Assembly: GCF_000143415.4 (NCBI RefSeq)
Contig: NW_003314286.1
Location: 387,766 to 451,765 of the forward strand
Direction of reading: 5' to 3'
DNA from: Selaginella moellendorffii
Lineage: Eukaryota > Plantae > Lycopodiophyta
DNA: 64,000 nucleotides
Positions 36,314 to 49,199 of the stretch are shown in pieces (positions within the stretch are counted from its first letter, which is position 1; each line of letters starts with the position of its first letter). The position numbers and the translations under genes are program-made. The notes under the pieces were generated by a model. The model saw only the letters and a list, made by a program, of their open reading frames with translations. It was not told the origin of the DNA and searched no databases.

Positions 36314-38529
36314 TTTCATGAAAATACACTAAGGGGCAAATGAGTTAAATGACTTCTCCAGACTAGCAATGCCTCTTGCTACACCTTCACAATTAGATTC
36401 GTTAGAAAAAGATAACATTGAATAATATCTAAATGTTCTCACCATTAAGTTATATGTCTGGCTAATAGGAATGACGTTTATCTTGGAAAGCTCACCACAC
36501 ACTCAATGAACAAACAAATAGTGTGTGCGCGCATGCCATTGCTCTTCTTTAGCTTCAGATTCGGCTTGTTCACCTTGACAATGAGATTTATTATACAACC
36601 AGATGGACTCAGTCTGGACACAAAGTCACCGCGCTAGTCACCATGCCCCAGATATGTCTAGCCCCTGGACAAAAAACATATAATTTCACGTCATTTTCAA
36701 ATACTTGAAAATTTGTACCTAGTCCCATTTTACTGAATAAATCCCACTTTAACGAAATAGAGCTTCCTTGGAGTGTGGCTAGAGCTTTTTAGGCTGAATG
36801 AATTGTTGTTAGAACAATTCTTGTCCAAGATTTTAAATATTTACTATATAACACAATAGAATTTGTTGCAGAAAGAGTAAACTTGTCACTTTCTTAAAAT
36901 CCATATTATTTATTTTATAATGAAAGTTATGATCATTTAATTAATTTTTATTATATTTTTTTTATAAAATATTTTGTTTTATTCCTAAATCACATGTTTT
37001 ATGGGCAGAAATAACACTTTAAATGAAATAAAAATAAAAATATCACACTACATATCAAAGTGATAAATTTTAAATAATCCTATATAATAAATAAGAAAAA
37101 CATGAATTTACCAACATAACTATGAAAATACTAAATCTTTTGATAATTCAAGAGGTAATATTCTTACACAAATTAAAAATGTACCAGATACTCAATATTG
37201 TACAACAAAAGCTAAAAATAATGTAATTAGGCTCTCAATTTTTCAAGGGTTATTTAAAACAATAAAAATGTATTAATTAATAAGTACTAAATAACATAAG
37301 TGAGTATCTAATTTTAGATTATTATTTATAGCTTTAAAATTAAATAAATTTTATAAACGTTTACTAAACTTAATAACCTTAAATCTCTTTGAAAATTCTC
37401 TTAAAAATATACTTTATACAGAAGAATTTTTAATATCTTCAAATGAAAAAAAAAACATATTAGTAGTATCAAATTATAAAGTTTCATTTTATTCCGAAAC
37501 AAATATTTTATGAAGATTAGATAACAAACAAATTTATCATGGTCTATTTTCTTAACAACTTCAAAATGATAGTAATATTGTATTATATACAAAAAAAAAG
37601 AAAGTAATGTAGTATATTAATAAACACTAACATTTTCTATGATTTATTATATAAAAAGTTAAATTATAATTATTTTTAATATAAGATAAATAAATAAAAG
37701 CAGTTAAACTGGAATACTATTACAATCACTGATATTAGATATTTAAACTATAATTAATTTTTTTAATAATGTGTTTTAATTTAAATTTATTAGTAAATGA
37801 ATTTTTAACTAATAAAAAGTAGTGAAAGATGGTGGAATATGATAAATATAAAATATTTTTACACTTTTGAGAAGTTATTGGGTTGTAGTGGCTAAGTCAT
37901 TATGTATAAAATTAAATGCAAAATAATTTATGAGTTTTTTGCATGCAAATCAATTCAAGTGAGTGACTATCTTTCTGAAGATGTGATTATAGGTTTTTGT
38001 ATTGCAAAAATTAATTTAAATATATTCTATATTTTACTTTATTTATAATATGTAATATTTTTTATAAATATTATTATTTAATAAAATAAATTTATTCAAA
38101 TAAATAAATGATTGCTTTGAGATTAATAAATTTTTGTTATCTAAATCATTTTGTGTTTTCATATTTAAATTATTATATTCTTTTACTTCTTTTTTTTTCA
38201 TCATATAAATATAGTAATTCTAAATGTCAAATATGTGATTATATAAAAAAATGAATTTATAAAATCATTAAATGCTATATTTAAATATGGAGATGGATGC
38301 TTTTTTATTTTTAAAGATTCAATTTAAGCATTAGCTTTGCATATTACCTTTAAAATATTAATTTAGTGTGACATATCAAGTTGTATTATCTATAATAATA
38401 AGAACAAAGGGTGCAAACCCCACACTAGGCCCAAGGCAAGCTCGGAAGCCATGGTTCTCGGAAAAGAGAGGCCACCCTAGGCCCGGGCCAGGGCCAGTGG
38501 CCATGGTTAGCAAGAATATTAGCTCAGTG

Positions 38530-38991
38530 TTGTGGTGGCCAATGGGCAGGGTGCACATGTGGCTGGGAAGGGAAGAGGGTGACGATCACGTTCCAAGTCA
38601 CGGTGTTGTGTCCTGTGCTGGCCACTGAGTCGAAAACTTTGTGAGCTTCTGCAATGCAGCCACACCGTCCGTAGAAGCCCAGCAGAGAATTCATGACAAC
38701 CACCTCAACTTCCATCTCGGCATGATGGATCTGCTGGTGGATGGCCCTTCCAGTCTCCAGAACCATGGAGCTCCCACAGACCTAGAGTGTGGCAGCATAA
38801 GTTAGAGGGTTGGGTACTAGGCCTTGGACTTGCTGCATCCACAAGAAGAGATCCAGCACATCTAGTGATTGCTCCACCTGGACATATCTAAGCATCAGCA
38901 TCATCCATGAGACAATGTTGTGCCTTTCTATTTGGTCGAAGACTCTCTGTGTGTCCACCTCTTTGTAAACCACCCAGCATTTGCTGAGCAA
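38530..38991 (-). pseudogene. PLS-class pentatricopeptide-repeat gene fragment
   Basis: VFDQIERHNIVSWMMLMLRY..PNPLTYAATL and GRAIHQQI..VVVMNSLLGFYGRCGCIAEAHKVFDSV..VTWN. Contains stops and has no complete gene. Confidence 0.75.
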
Positions 38992-39255
38992 GTATTCGTA
39001 TTTAAATAATATATTATATGTAAATCTTATACCTTTAAATTAGTAGTTTATCCAGTTTTTTAATGTATAATTAATAGTGCAAATGTGAATTTGGAAATCA
39101 AAAGCTCCCGTGTCTGCAAATTCTTTCTTCTCCTTTTCTTAATCTCTCTATGAACTATATTTTTACAGTTAGCCAATCAACTATGCTTTTAAATTTTATA
39201 GCACGCCTAAAACCCTGGTCAACGTGGTTTGATAGTGGCCGTTCGATAGTTCTCA

Positions 39256-41212
39256 ATGGCGCTCTTGTATCCAGCCAGAGCGCCCGTTCTTCACCGCCCT
39301 AGGCTCGCTTGCCGGGCGTCCTCCGTGCCCTGGGGCTGCGACACCGATTCCAGTGCCTTAAATTCAGGGATTGCGCTCCAGCAATGGCTATCGCAGGCTG
39401 GATTGCCAATCCAGAAGGTGGAGCTCAAGAATGTAGGCGCCGGAGGGCGAGGTCTCGTCTCCAAGCGCATGCTCTACAAGGGCGATCGCTTGCTCTTTCT
39501 TCCGGCAACGCTGGCCATCACCACGGAATCGGTAGGCAAGATTTATTGGGATATTTTTCCATGAATGGATTTCGTGTAGGAATGGGCGTGCGCTGAGGCT
39601 GGAAAAGTGATAAGAGCGAAGGATTTGCCGGAATGGCCGTTTCTCGCGTGTTACCTCATCTCTGAGGCGTCCCTGGGAAAGAGCTCCCCATGGTATCCTT
39701 ACATTGCGGCTTTGCCGCGGCGTCCGGGCTCAATCTTACTATGGTATGTCGAATTTTTGTGATTGATAAAAAACCTTTGGCTAGCTTAAACCAGGACAGC
39801 TTTGGATGTCGAGGCTCACTTGTCCGCGACCTCTATCAAGGATCGAGCGCTTCAGTGCGTACGTGAAGTCGAAGACACGTAAGATCTTCCTTCTTTTCTG
39901 CTTCTTTGTGTTTTACTTTGCTTCTTGTAGGTTCAATGATCTGAATAAGCAAGTTTTCATGAAGAACAGGGAGGAGTTTCCTCCCGAGGTAGCTATCAAC
40001 TCGATTTATATATTGGCATCTTTGCTGTTGAATCAGGTCTTCAACTTGGAGTCTTTCAAATGGGCTTTTGGAATTCTATTCTCTCGTCTTGTAAGTAGTA
40101 AGAGAATCGAGAGAAAGTTCTCATCGGATGTTCATACAGGTTCGTTTGCCATCGCTCGGACAAAAGCTTGCACTTATTCCTTTTGGAGATATGCTCAACC
40201 ATGACACTGAGGTCTTTGGTCGAGACATTTATCAGTTTATTTGAATCAGGGTCTGCAAGCAGGTTACGACTTTCTTGGACTTCGATTCAGGCTCAAAGTC
40301 TATAACTTGCACATTGGATCGTGGTTATGAAAGCAACAAAGAGGTAAACGACTATTCTATCCGTCCAATGCCTTGATTGCGATTCTTTGGCAGGTTTTTA
40401 TTTCTTATGGAAAGAGGTCGAACGGCGAGCTGCTTGTAGCTTATGGCTTTGTTCCTTCCGGGAAAAACTCAGAAGATAGTGTAAGCATCACCCTTGGTTT
40501 GGATCCAGCAGATGAAATGTACGAGGCAAAATTGGGAGCACTCAAGGAGCATGGCCTCTCTCCGTATCCTTGGAAAACTCGCTAAACCTTTCTTGGTATA
40601 CCCTTGACAATATACTGGCAAAAGGCAACAAAGTTATCCGATCAAACTGAAGGGCTGGCCAGTACAACTCACCGCCTTTGCTCGCCTAATAACAAGTCCT
40701 CCTTCCCAGCTCCACCGATACTCAGAGGTACACGTCTTTATGTTAATTCCATTTTCACTCGAATTTTTAAACTATGTTGAAAACCAAATCATAGCTCACG
40801 TCTGCAGCAACTGAGAAACAAGGAAGGAGGATGCAGCCGGTATTCACGACTGAAGAACAAATGAAGGCTTACGAGATGATCCTCTCAGCTTGCAAGCAAG
40901 CCATCGCAGCTAGCAAAAACTACTTGGAGGTAGAGCAAGGAATTGTTTCGTTTCAACTAATGTTTCAATTTTTATTTCTTGCAGAGCAAGGAAGTTCCAA
41001 GGCATGGTTCCCTCCCCAAGCTCGCTAGCGCCTTGTGCGAGAGCGAGCTCAAGATTTTGTACCGGAACGAATATGTAAGTCAAACCAAACGCTGCAAGAT
41101 TATATCAAGCTGACGAATTTTATAGATCTTGAGAAGCGAGCTACGTGACCTCCGGTCTGGCAAAAACAGCGGCCTGCTCGGCAAAGTTAGCAGTATGTTC
41201 TTTAGAGACTAA
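39256..41212 (+). CDS. Chloroplast SET-domain protein-lysine methyltransferase, Rubisco LSMT family (At3g07670-like), multi-exon
   Basis: Transit-peptide-like N-terminus, WGCDTDS..LQQWLSQAGLP, GGRGLV, WPFLACYLISEA, LIPFGDMLNH, QVFISYGKRSNGELLVAYGF. Last exon ..SSMFFRD* with TAA at 41210-41212. Confidence 0.88.
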
Positions 41213-43881
41213 CGGGCATAAGATTAACGGTGTTATAATTATTCTCTTTCAAACTAGCATTGTTATGAATCATGACATTGAAGAAATTTTCCCATTTTCG
41301 TTAGTAATGTTTTATAATTAACATATAATTAATAACTTTAAATTATTAAATTAAGATGTTAACTAGTTTTATATTTCTAGCATTTATTAGCATTTTTGCT
41401 AAAAATATTTATAATTAAACTTAATGTTATAACTATATAATATTAACCATTTCAAGGGAAATTAATAGAATACCAACTTCTTTTAGGTCAATGTTTCACA
41501 AAGATATTTTATCAATCAATTCAAATAACAATATTGGATTACCATTTCTGTTTTGAATACAATTGAATTCAATAAGTAAAGTTGAAATAATGCTAGGATT
41601 TTATATAAAAAAACCATTATCTGAAATCTTAGTTAACTCTATGGCAACAAATATATGATTGCACATGCCTACATTATATATTTACACATGTGCAGATTTA
41701 TATTTTTGTTTTGAGTTGCATGCAAAAAATATTCAATCACTTTTTGATTGTTATATATAGGTAGTAATCAATTATTATAGAGGTGAGCTTGATTGATTAG
41801 AGCATGAAGGTGAGCACAAAGCCTTTTGTTAGATGTTTGGAGTGTTGAGTGAAATGGTTTTCCACAAGTAAGTGAATTTTACTGTAGTTGTAGTAAAGCA
41901 TTAATTCCATTGATTTCCCACATTTATAATCATGTGTACATATTTTTTACATTATAGTGATTTATTACTCTTGGGCATGTTGGTTTGTTGTGCTTGGGAT
42001 TAATGTGTAAACTACTTTCCATTACCTTCACTAATAAGAGTGTCTAAAGCACATGGCAATAACAAACTCAACCTACAACATCTAAAAGATGCTCAAAATC
42101 CAACTCATCTAAACCTTGCTTATATATTATAAAATTTGTTGTGGAGTCAAAATTTATATAAAACAAACTCACATACATGGCACTGACCTGGACTTTTGAA
42201 TGCATATGTGGCAAATGAAAGACATGCTCATGTGTTGAAAAGAAATTTTATCAAATTTTTTTTTTTTATAAGCCATATATGTGATGTGTTTTTATTTCAT
42301 ATATTTCGTAAGCTTCTACATTTTTTTGCTAGGCCACCCACCCTAGGTATACCTCCCCCTTGAGAGGTGTGCCTCCCACAAAAAACTGTCATTATAACTT
42401 TCTTTGAAACTATTTTATGGCCTGTGGGATTTAAGGTTGGAACACCTTAGGCTTCACTCTTTGTTCATTTCATTGGTACTGGAGATAGAACTCTTATTTT
42501 TAAATAGTAAATTCTGCAGCTTCATATATTATTATTTAAAAAAAAACCATTTCATCATTACCTATTATGTCAGAAAATATAATATTTAAAATGTTAATCA
42601 GAAAATAAATATAGATTCATATAACTCCAAAAATCAACAACTTAGTGCATCAAAAGCTAAATATTAGATGTGATTATTTTATATAGACCTTAATAAAAAT
42701 TATATCAGCATGCCACATCAATATTTATTGCCAACACAATTTTTAGTCTCTTGAAATAAAAATTCACATTTATATTTAGATTGTACTTTAATAATATATG
42801 CAGCAAATAAACTTCTATAGGTAAAAAATATAAAAAAGATCTATAATTTTTGTAAGATTACAAGATGGGAATCTAGTTTTATATTGTTCTGGTGAAAATT
42901 ATTTATGGCATTCAAATACTTACTGTAATAATAAAAAATGCCATTAAAATTTATAGTTGTTATTGCAAAGTGATTATAACTTAATTTTTTACATATCAAA
43001 TAACATTAAATATTAAGTCATTAATTGAACCCGTATGGCATTCTGGTAAAAGAAGTTCAATAGACCAATGTAAAATCCATTTGCATTTGTAAAGTATTAT
43101 CAAAATAATTGTTGTGTATTGCATTACAGCTGGTTTTTTGTTATACATTATCTAATATATTTATTTTGTTACAGTTTTCTAGCTATTATTACTTTTACAT
43201 TCTTTAAAATATCTTTTATTTTTTATATTGTGCAATATTTGGTTTTTCTTCTTTATTTTCTAAATATTATTTTTACTATATTTTAATTTATTAAATATTT
43301 TTGATATATTTTATAATTTCTATAATTATTTATACCAGGTTTTAAATATATTTATTATTATTTTATTATCATTTTGATTTATTTATAATAACATAAATTC
43401 TTTTTAATATAAAGTTACTCTTTATATATTATTTATACCAATAAATATATAATATATAAATATAAGTGGTAGTCCAGAATAATATAGTTAAAAAATATAC
43501 AAATTTAAGAAATATATATTTTGCTTAATAATTGGAAAAGAAGGACTTTGTGGAAGAATGTTTCCCTTATGTGAAAATGGTACTTGTCATTTTTCCTAGC
43601 ATTTATTGATAATCTCTTGGAACACTTGTTTCCATATTAGTTTTTGTATAGCCATGAATTCCCAACACCCTCGGGGTGGTCACTCTTATATAATTGTATA
43701 TATCATCTGCATGTACAGATTGGGGTTATTTTGGGTGCAAACCGTACGTATACATACAGGCCTTAGGGTTGAGTTTAATTTGAAAAATTTCGTAGGTACG
43801 GGTAGGGGCGGAGGCAGAGCTCCTCTAGGGTTCTCTACAGTAGCAGGCTGTAGAGGGCAATAGATCTCAGGCACAGTAGGT

Positions 43882-46800
43882 ATGGAGCGTGATGTTATTG
43901 TGTATGTAGAGGATGGGGATCAAAAGAAGCCTGTGGGTTTCGTTAGGGTTCAGAGGGAGTGTTCTTATCATCAGCTCCGCGAAGCTATTGTTTCAGACAA
44001 GATTGAGGGTCTTGTTAAGAGTGATTTTGTCTTCTTAGGTGCCCTTTCCCTTGCAATGACATGTAGGCAGGAGAGATATCCATTTTTTGGAGCTAAAGTT
44101 CTGGTTCGTGTGCTTAATCTTGTAGTAATAGAACCAATTCAAGAGGGGCAATCTTCAGTAGCAACCAGTGAAGCTCATGAAGAAGATTCAACTGGATTTT
44201 TACCTGGTTTGAATTCCAAACTTGCTTCAGCTAGAGATACATGACTGGAAGAGATCGTTCAAGCAGAATGAGAGAAAGTTGAGAGCAAAAGGGAGGAAAG
44301 ACAGGTTTGAATTGTTTTCATATGACTGGGATGGATGTGCTCACTTCAAAATCATGTGTCAGGAGTGTGGAATTGTTTATGGAGGAGGCCTGAAAGACAC
44401 CTGTTACAATTTCGTTTCAAAGCACTGCAGTGGAGCTAGGCATGAAGCAAACTACATGAAAAATCAGCTGCAGCGGGAGAAAAATGATCAGGAAAAAGCT
44501 GATGCGGAAAGTCCTATAGAGGGTGCTAATGAAGGTGCTAAACTTGCTAGTCATGAGGAAATAAAAAACGAAGTGGAGAAGCTGATGAATGAAACCGTGG
44601 AAAGGTTTTGCGATGAGAACAATGTTTGCTTCACTCTCTACGAACTAAGTGTAGGAAATTTTGAGAGAAGGAACAACATTCGGGTTGTNNNNNNNNNNNN
44701 NNNNNNNNNNNNNNNNNNNNNNNNNNNNNNNNNNNNNNNNNNNNNNNNNNNNNNNNNNNNNNNNNNNNNNNNNNNNNNNNNNNNNNNNTTGCAAGCATTG
44801 TGAGGAGACGTTAATGCTTTTTCCTCCTGCCGGGAGTCTCCTGAACAATTCTGATGGTTCACATTTCTAGGAATAAGCACAAGAATGCTGGCCGAGAAAG
44901 AAGCACTGGAGGTCGGCCAACTAAAGTTGCAAACATTGACAATAAACAAGGAAACCTCCTTAGCTATTTCACACGAGGTAAGAAATTGCATTCTAGTTTT
45001 TGTAAAGTTAATAATGTGTGTCGTTTAAATTTTTTCAGGAAAAGGAGTCTTGTCAAGCAATTCTTCTCAGAACTTCATAGCATCTCCAGATGAGTCTTCA
45101 AGTAAGTAGCATTTCATATGCTTTACATAGTGTGATTTCTTGTATAGTATAATCTGTTGTATGTTGATAGGAATTGAAAGACTTTGCTTTGGATACTGGC
45201 AAAACGATTACAAATATGGCTTGAGTTCTGTGAATGTTCGTCCTCTTCTCCAAGATGTAAAAGAGGGAGGTTGTTGGTTCTGTGATCCAAACTTCAAAGC
45301 AGCAGCAGATGGTGTTGTTGTCAACGGAACATTCAGATCAAAACAGTGTCTAAGAGTGACAAACAACATCTATGGATTCAAGAACAAGCAGTGCAAGTTT
45401 TGTATGACAATACCAGCTTGTAGTGACTTCAAAGGACGTGCTTTACGGGAAAGCAAAGCGACAATACCACAAGGACAAAGATTGAAGAGGCGTGGAATGA
45501 GACTTGACTACATGACTACAGCTGAGCACATAGATAGCAGCAGGCTAGTGCAAGCAGAGAATAGAAGGCTGGCATTGGAACTATCGACCACAAGATGCAG
45601 GATAGCAACTCTTTCAATTCATTGCTGAAGCTTAAAAGAAACTTTGAAGGAAAGTGCCATTCGTAAGGATATCAGAAAATTCAACTCTGATCTCAAACAA
45701 GCTTGGCAACAAGGCAAATTCGAGGGCAAGGAGACGGTTCTTCACGTGATGCAAGATTTGCTGCAGGGAATAACTAGGAGAAAACAAGGAATGAGGTATT
45801 TTTTTATTTATTCAAAGTTTTTTCCTTACACTCTTAGCAGGTACCATGAAACCACGAAATGGATTTTGCGAGTAACAAAAATGTGGGGGGGGAGCAGGCT
45901 TAACAACTTCCTTCACTTGAACCTTGGATTGCCAAGTTTGTCGACAACAAAGCGTGACATGAGAACAAACTTTAGATGCACAACAGGTTTGCAATCTGAG
46001 ATATTTTTGAACCTTTCTAAGGTCTACAAGTTCAAGATGGAGAGTTTACAGCTCAAGCTAGGGAGTGTGCCTGTTTTGATTGCAGAAGACGAAACAGTTA
46101 TTAAAAGGATGATCAGATGGATTGCTTGTGATGATGCTTTGCTCGGGTTTTGTGGAAAGAAGGGGGAGGGTCATAAGTGTGTGAACGATTTTGTCGTGAA
46201 GGTTGGGAATGGAGAAGTAGGTTATGAACAGATTACTCAGGCTTTTCTAGACAACGAGAAAGCTCACTATGCACAAGTGTTGATGGTTAATCCATTGCAT
46301 AGACAGTTGTCGTGCTTGGTTCTCTCTATTCAGCTTACTTGCAATCGGTTTACAGCTTCAGATGTTTGACACAATGGAACTTGATCCATCAAATATGGGG
46401 ACAGCACCTTCACAATGTTGTTGGCCCCCTGATTGGCCATTCATCAGATGGAGATCAGAGAAGGCGTAAACTAATGCTTGAAGACATGAGTCTAGGGGAT
46501 ACAACAACAGGAACTTACTCTGTACCTTGGTCAGGGTGGCTATTCTCTGGAAAGTGGAACTCAACAGGGAACCTTTTGATACATGATCAAAACTATGTGC
46601 ATAATGGGAAGAAGCTGATCAATCCATTGCATAGTGCAATAAGACAACTGTTTTTGGGGGATGAGTTTGTGCATTTGAATGACATTTGGGAAGTTTTCGA
46701 TAACTTTCATAGTAAACACGGACTGCAACTCGGGGATGTTAGGCGCTCTGATAGACAAAACTGGGGTGCTGCTCAGCGACTTTGTAGCAGGCCAGTGCAA

Positions 46801-48285
46801 GCATGTCTTTCGATTATGCAAGAAACAACATACAGAAGACCTTCACGTACGCTGGGAACCGAAACTTATCTTGCTGTGGTGGCATCATATATTGATATCT
46901 TTTTGCACCCATACTTGAGCCTTGGAGAGCGAGTGAGAGCTGCATCAATGGTGTCCTTCTTCTTTCGTTTATGGAGGTTGTGGATTCTGAAGGAAAGCAA
47001 GTGGAACTTGAAACACAACTTCATCAGCAAGGAAACCTTCTTGGACATTCAATTATCATGTCACTTTGTCGTCCTTCTAATCAGGTATGTTTCATATATA
47101 TTTTTCTTTTGTTAATTTTGCTTTTGAGATAGATATTTTCGGGATCACCATTCATATTTGCCAGTCCCAATTGATAGAACCAGTTCTAATGTTTGTGAGA
47201 ACTTTTTCTCCAAAATAGGAGGAATGATTGGGAATGAACGGTGTTATGACGGAGCTGATGTTGTTCATAGTGCGACTAGTATGAACATGCTAGCAGAATG
47301 CGAGGCAGCAGGTACATTGCTTTTCTCTAAAGCTCACAGGAAACAGGAAAATATTTGGGAAAAGATAGAGCATGATGGGAAGAGAGTAGTAGCAAACTTA
47401 GGGGATTACAGTTCGGTGGAGACAGATGCTCTGATAGTTAATGAGCTGATTCAGGGTAAAGCCAAAGCACAAGAACTTCTTCATGGCCTTGGCATCTCTG
47501 GAAGAGATTGGTGGGATAAACCTGAAGATTTTGAGGATTTTCACAAGGTTTCAGAAAATTCCGGAGAGCATGATATAGTCGATCAGTTTGAAGAGGAACA
47601 TATAGTAGGAGAAGAAGCTACTGAAGAAGCTATTGAAGCAGCAAGTGAACTGAGGCATACTTTTGATGCTGTTCTGGATCATATTGAAGATTCTGAGTCA
47701 TTAAAAGTGGAAGCAACAGTTTTGGTTGACAGGAAGAAAATCTGCAAGTCGACCATCGTTTCTCAGCTAAATGGAAATCCATTTCTCTCCAAAGATCGGC
47801 TCACACGGGTGAAGAATAACTTGACAGTTTATGAACCAGGAAGAAATCTCAGTGCACAAACAGCTCTTGGCATTAGGAGTGATTGTGCATTGTGGTTTGA
47901 AGAACAGGAAGGAAGTCATTTGAAGTTTGTTTGGTATGTTGGTCGAATTCTTTCCATGAGGAAAAAAGTGAACAATACCTGGAGGGACACAAGGGAAGTG
48001 ATTGAATTAACCAATCTTCCAGTTGATTCTGCTGATTTTCAAATGAACCTATGCTACTACAAGGAATGTGATGCTCCTAAAGCTGATGACGGAGGGAATT
48101 CATGGTATACATACAACCTTCATGATAATATGCTAGTGGAACTAACAAGTTTGATTGCTTTGGTATCATTATCATATCATCTAGAAGCCAAGAGATATTT
48201 GCTTCCACACCATGATAGGGAAGTTTTTGATAATTTCATCAAAGATAAAAGCAGGAATATCAATTGTCGTAGAAGGGTGAAATAA
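43882..48285 (+). pseudogene. Intron-containing DDE transposase, P-element-like, with N-terminal zinc fingers; nonsense codons at ~45626 and ~46367
   Basis: CQECG..H..H zinc finger, AEDET (D1), SSDGD (D2), QNYVHNGKK (DxxHxxK-like) and SNVCENFFS (E). Short AT-rich introns. Confidence 0.65.
44689..44788. other. Assembly gap (100 N)
   Basis: Run of 100 n. Confidence 1.
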
Positions 48286-48303
48286 TGTTTTTTATTAATG
48301 GAA

Positions 48304-48377
<74 letters not shown>
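48304..48377. repeat. (TA)n microsatellite
   Basis: About 36 TA units with one TG interruption, inside the transposon 3' region. Confidence 0.95.
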
Positions 48378-48380
<3 letters not shown>

Positions 48381-49199
48381 TTATGCAAAAATAACCAGAA
48401 TATTCCACGTATATATAAGAATTGGGGGTTTATTTAAGATTGAAAAAATGTGTATATGTAAGGGTATGGGGCAAATTATGAACAACAAAAAAAGTATACT
48501 AGGCCCCCTATTCTAAACTTCCAGAACACAGATGATATATACAGTTATATAAGAGTGACCACCCCGAGCCAACACCGGTCTTGATGTTTCACGTTAAGGG
48601 CTTTTTGTCTGGGTGTAGCTGCCACTCAAGGTCTTGTGTGATCCCAGTCAGTCCTCTAGGGAGATTGAGTTTTGAGGTCCATCAGGCTAAACACAACCAC
48701 TCATCTAGCAAGGAATGATAGACTGTTGAGTGTTGAATAGTAAGGGTTAGTCTCCAGGAAGCTTTTGTTGCATCCATTAGTGTGCATACCCTAAGATCTG
48801 CTAGCTAGTGATCTAGAAGTTAGTGGTACCATCATTGAAACATGGGAAAATAACAAGAAGAGAAAACTGATTGCACCATATTACTTATATAATTATTTTT
48901 GCATATTTAAATAATAGACATAATTATTATAAATATATATCAACTATTAGATGATAAAATAAACTAGAATATACTTACAAATTTTTAGAAAAGCTTATAA
49001 ATCATTAAATATATTTATAATTTATAAACAATATGCCAGAATATCCAAGTATATTCTCTTTTAGATTTGCTTAAGAAAATCAATTATGGAGAGTATGTAG
49101 GCATAACTTTTCTTTTCCTATTACTATGAGAGAAAGAGAGACAATAAAAACAATAAATAAGAAGAGTGTTACTACTAGAAATATTTATGTTGAACCCTA

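Larger units (their letters stand above)
23238..36765. mobile_element. TIR DNA transposon, Sola-like (about 6 kb excluding the nested gypsy), with two divergent ORFs
   Basis: 24-bp TIRs: AAGCTTTATTTCGTTAAAGTGGGA at 23238-23261 and its reverse complement at 36742-36765 (1 mismatch). 4-bp TSD CCTT at 23234-23237 and 36766-36769. The superfamily is inferred from the 4-bp TSD and transposase N-terminal motifs. Confidence 0.8.
43670..48568 (+). mobile_element. DNA transposon with P-element-like transposase
   Basis: 40-bp TIRs: CTCGGGGTGGTCACTCTTATATAA(T/C)TGTATATATCATCTG at 43670-43709 and 48529-48568 (1 mismatch). 8-bp TSD CCAACACC at 43662-43669 and 48569-48576. Confidence 0.9.

Noticed and set aside
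36900-38370. Extremely AT-rich tracts (also 41250-43600 and 52000-52900)
   Set aside because: No termini, periodicity or ORFs could be supported; probably decayed repeats.
48298-48516. ORF with YIYIYI run
   Set aside because: Translation of the (TA)n microsatellite.
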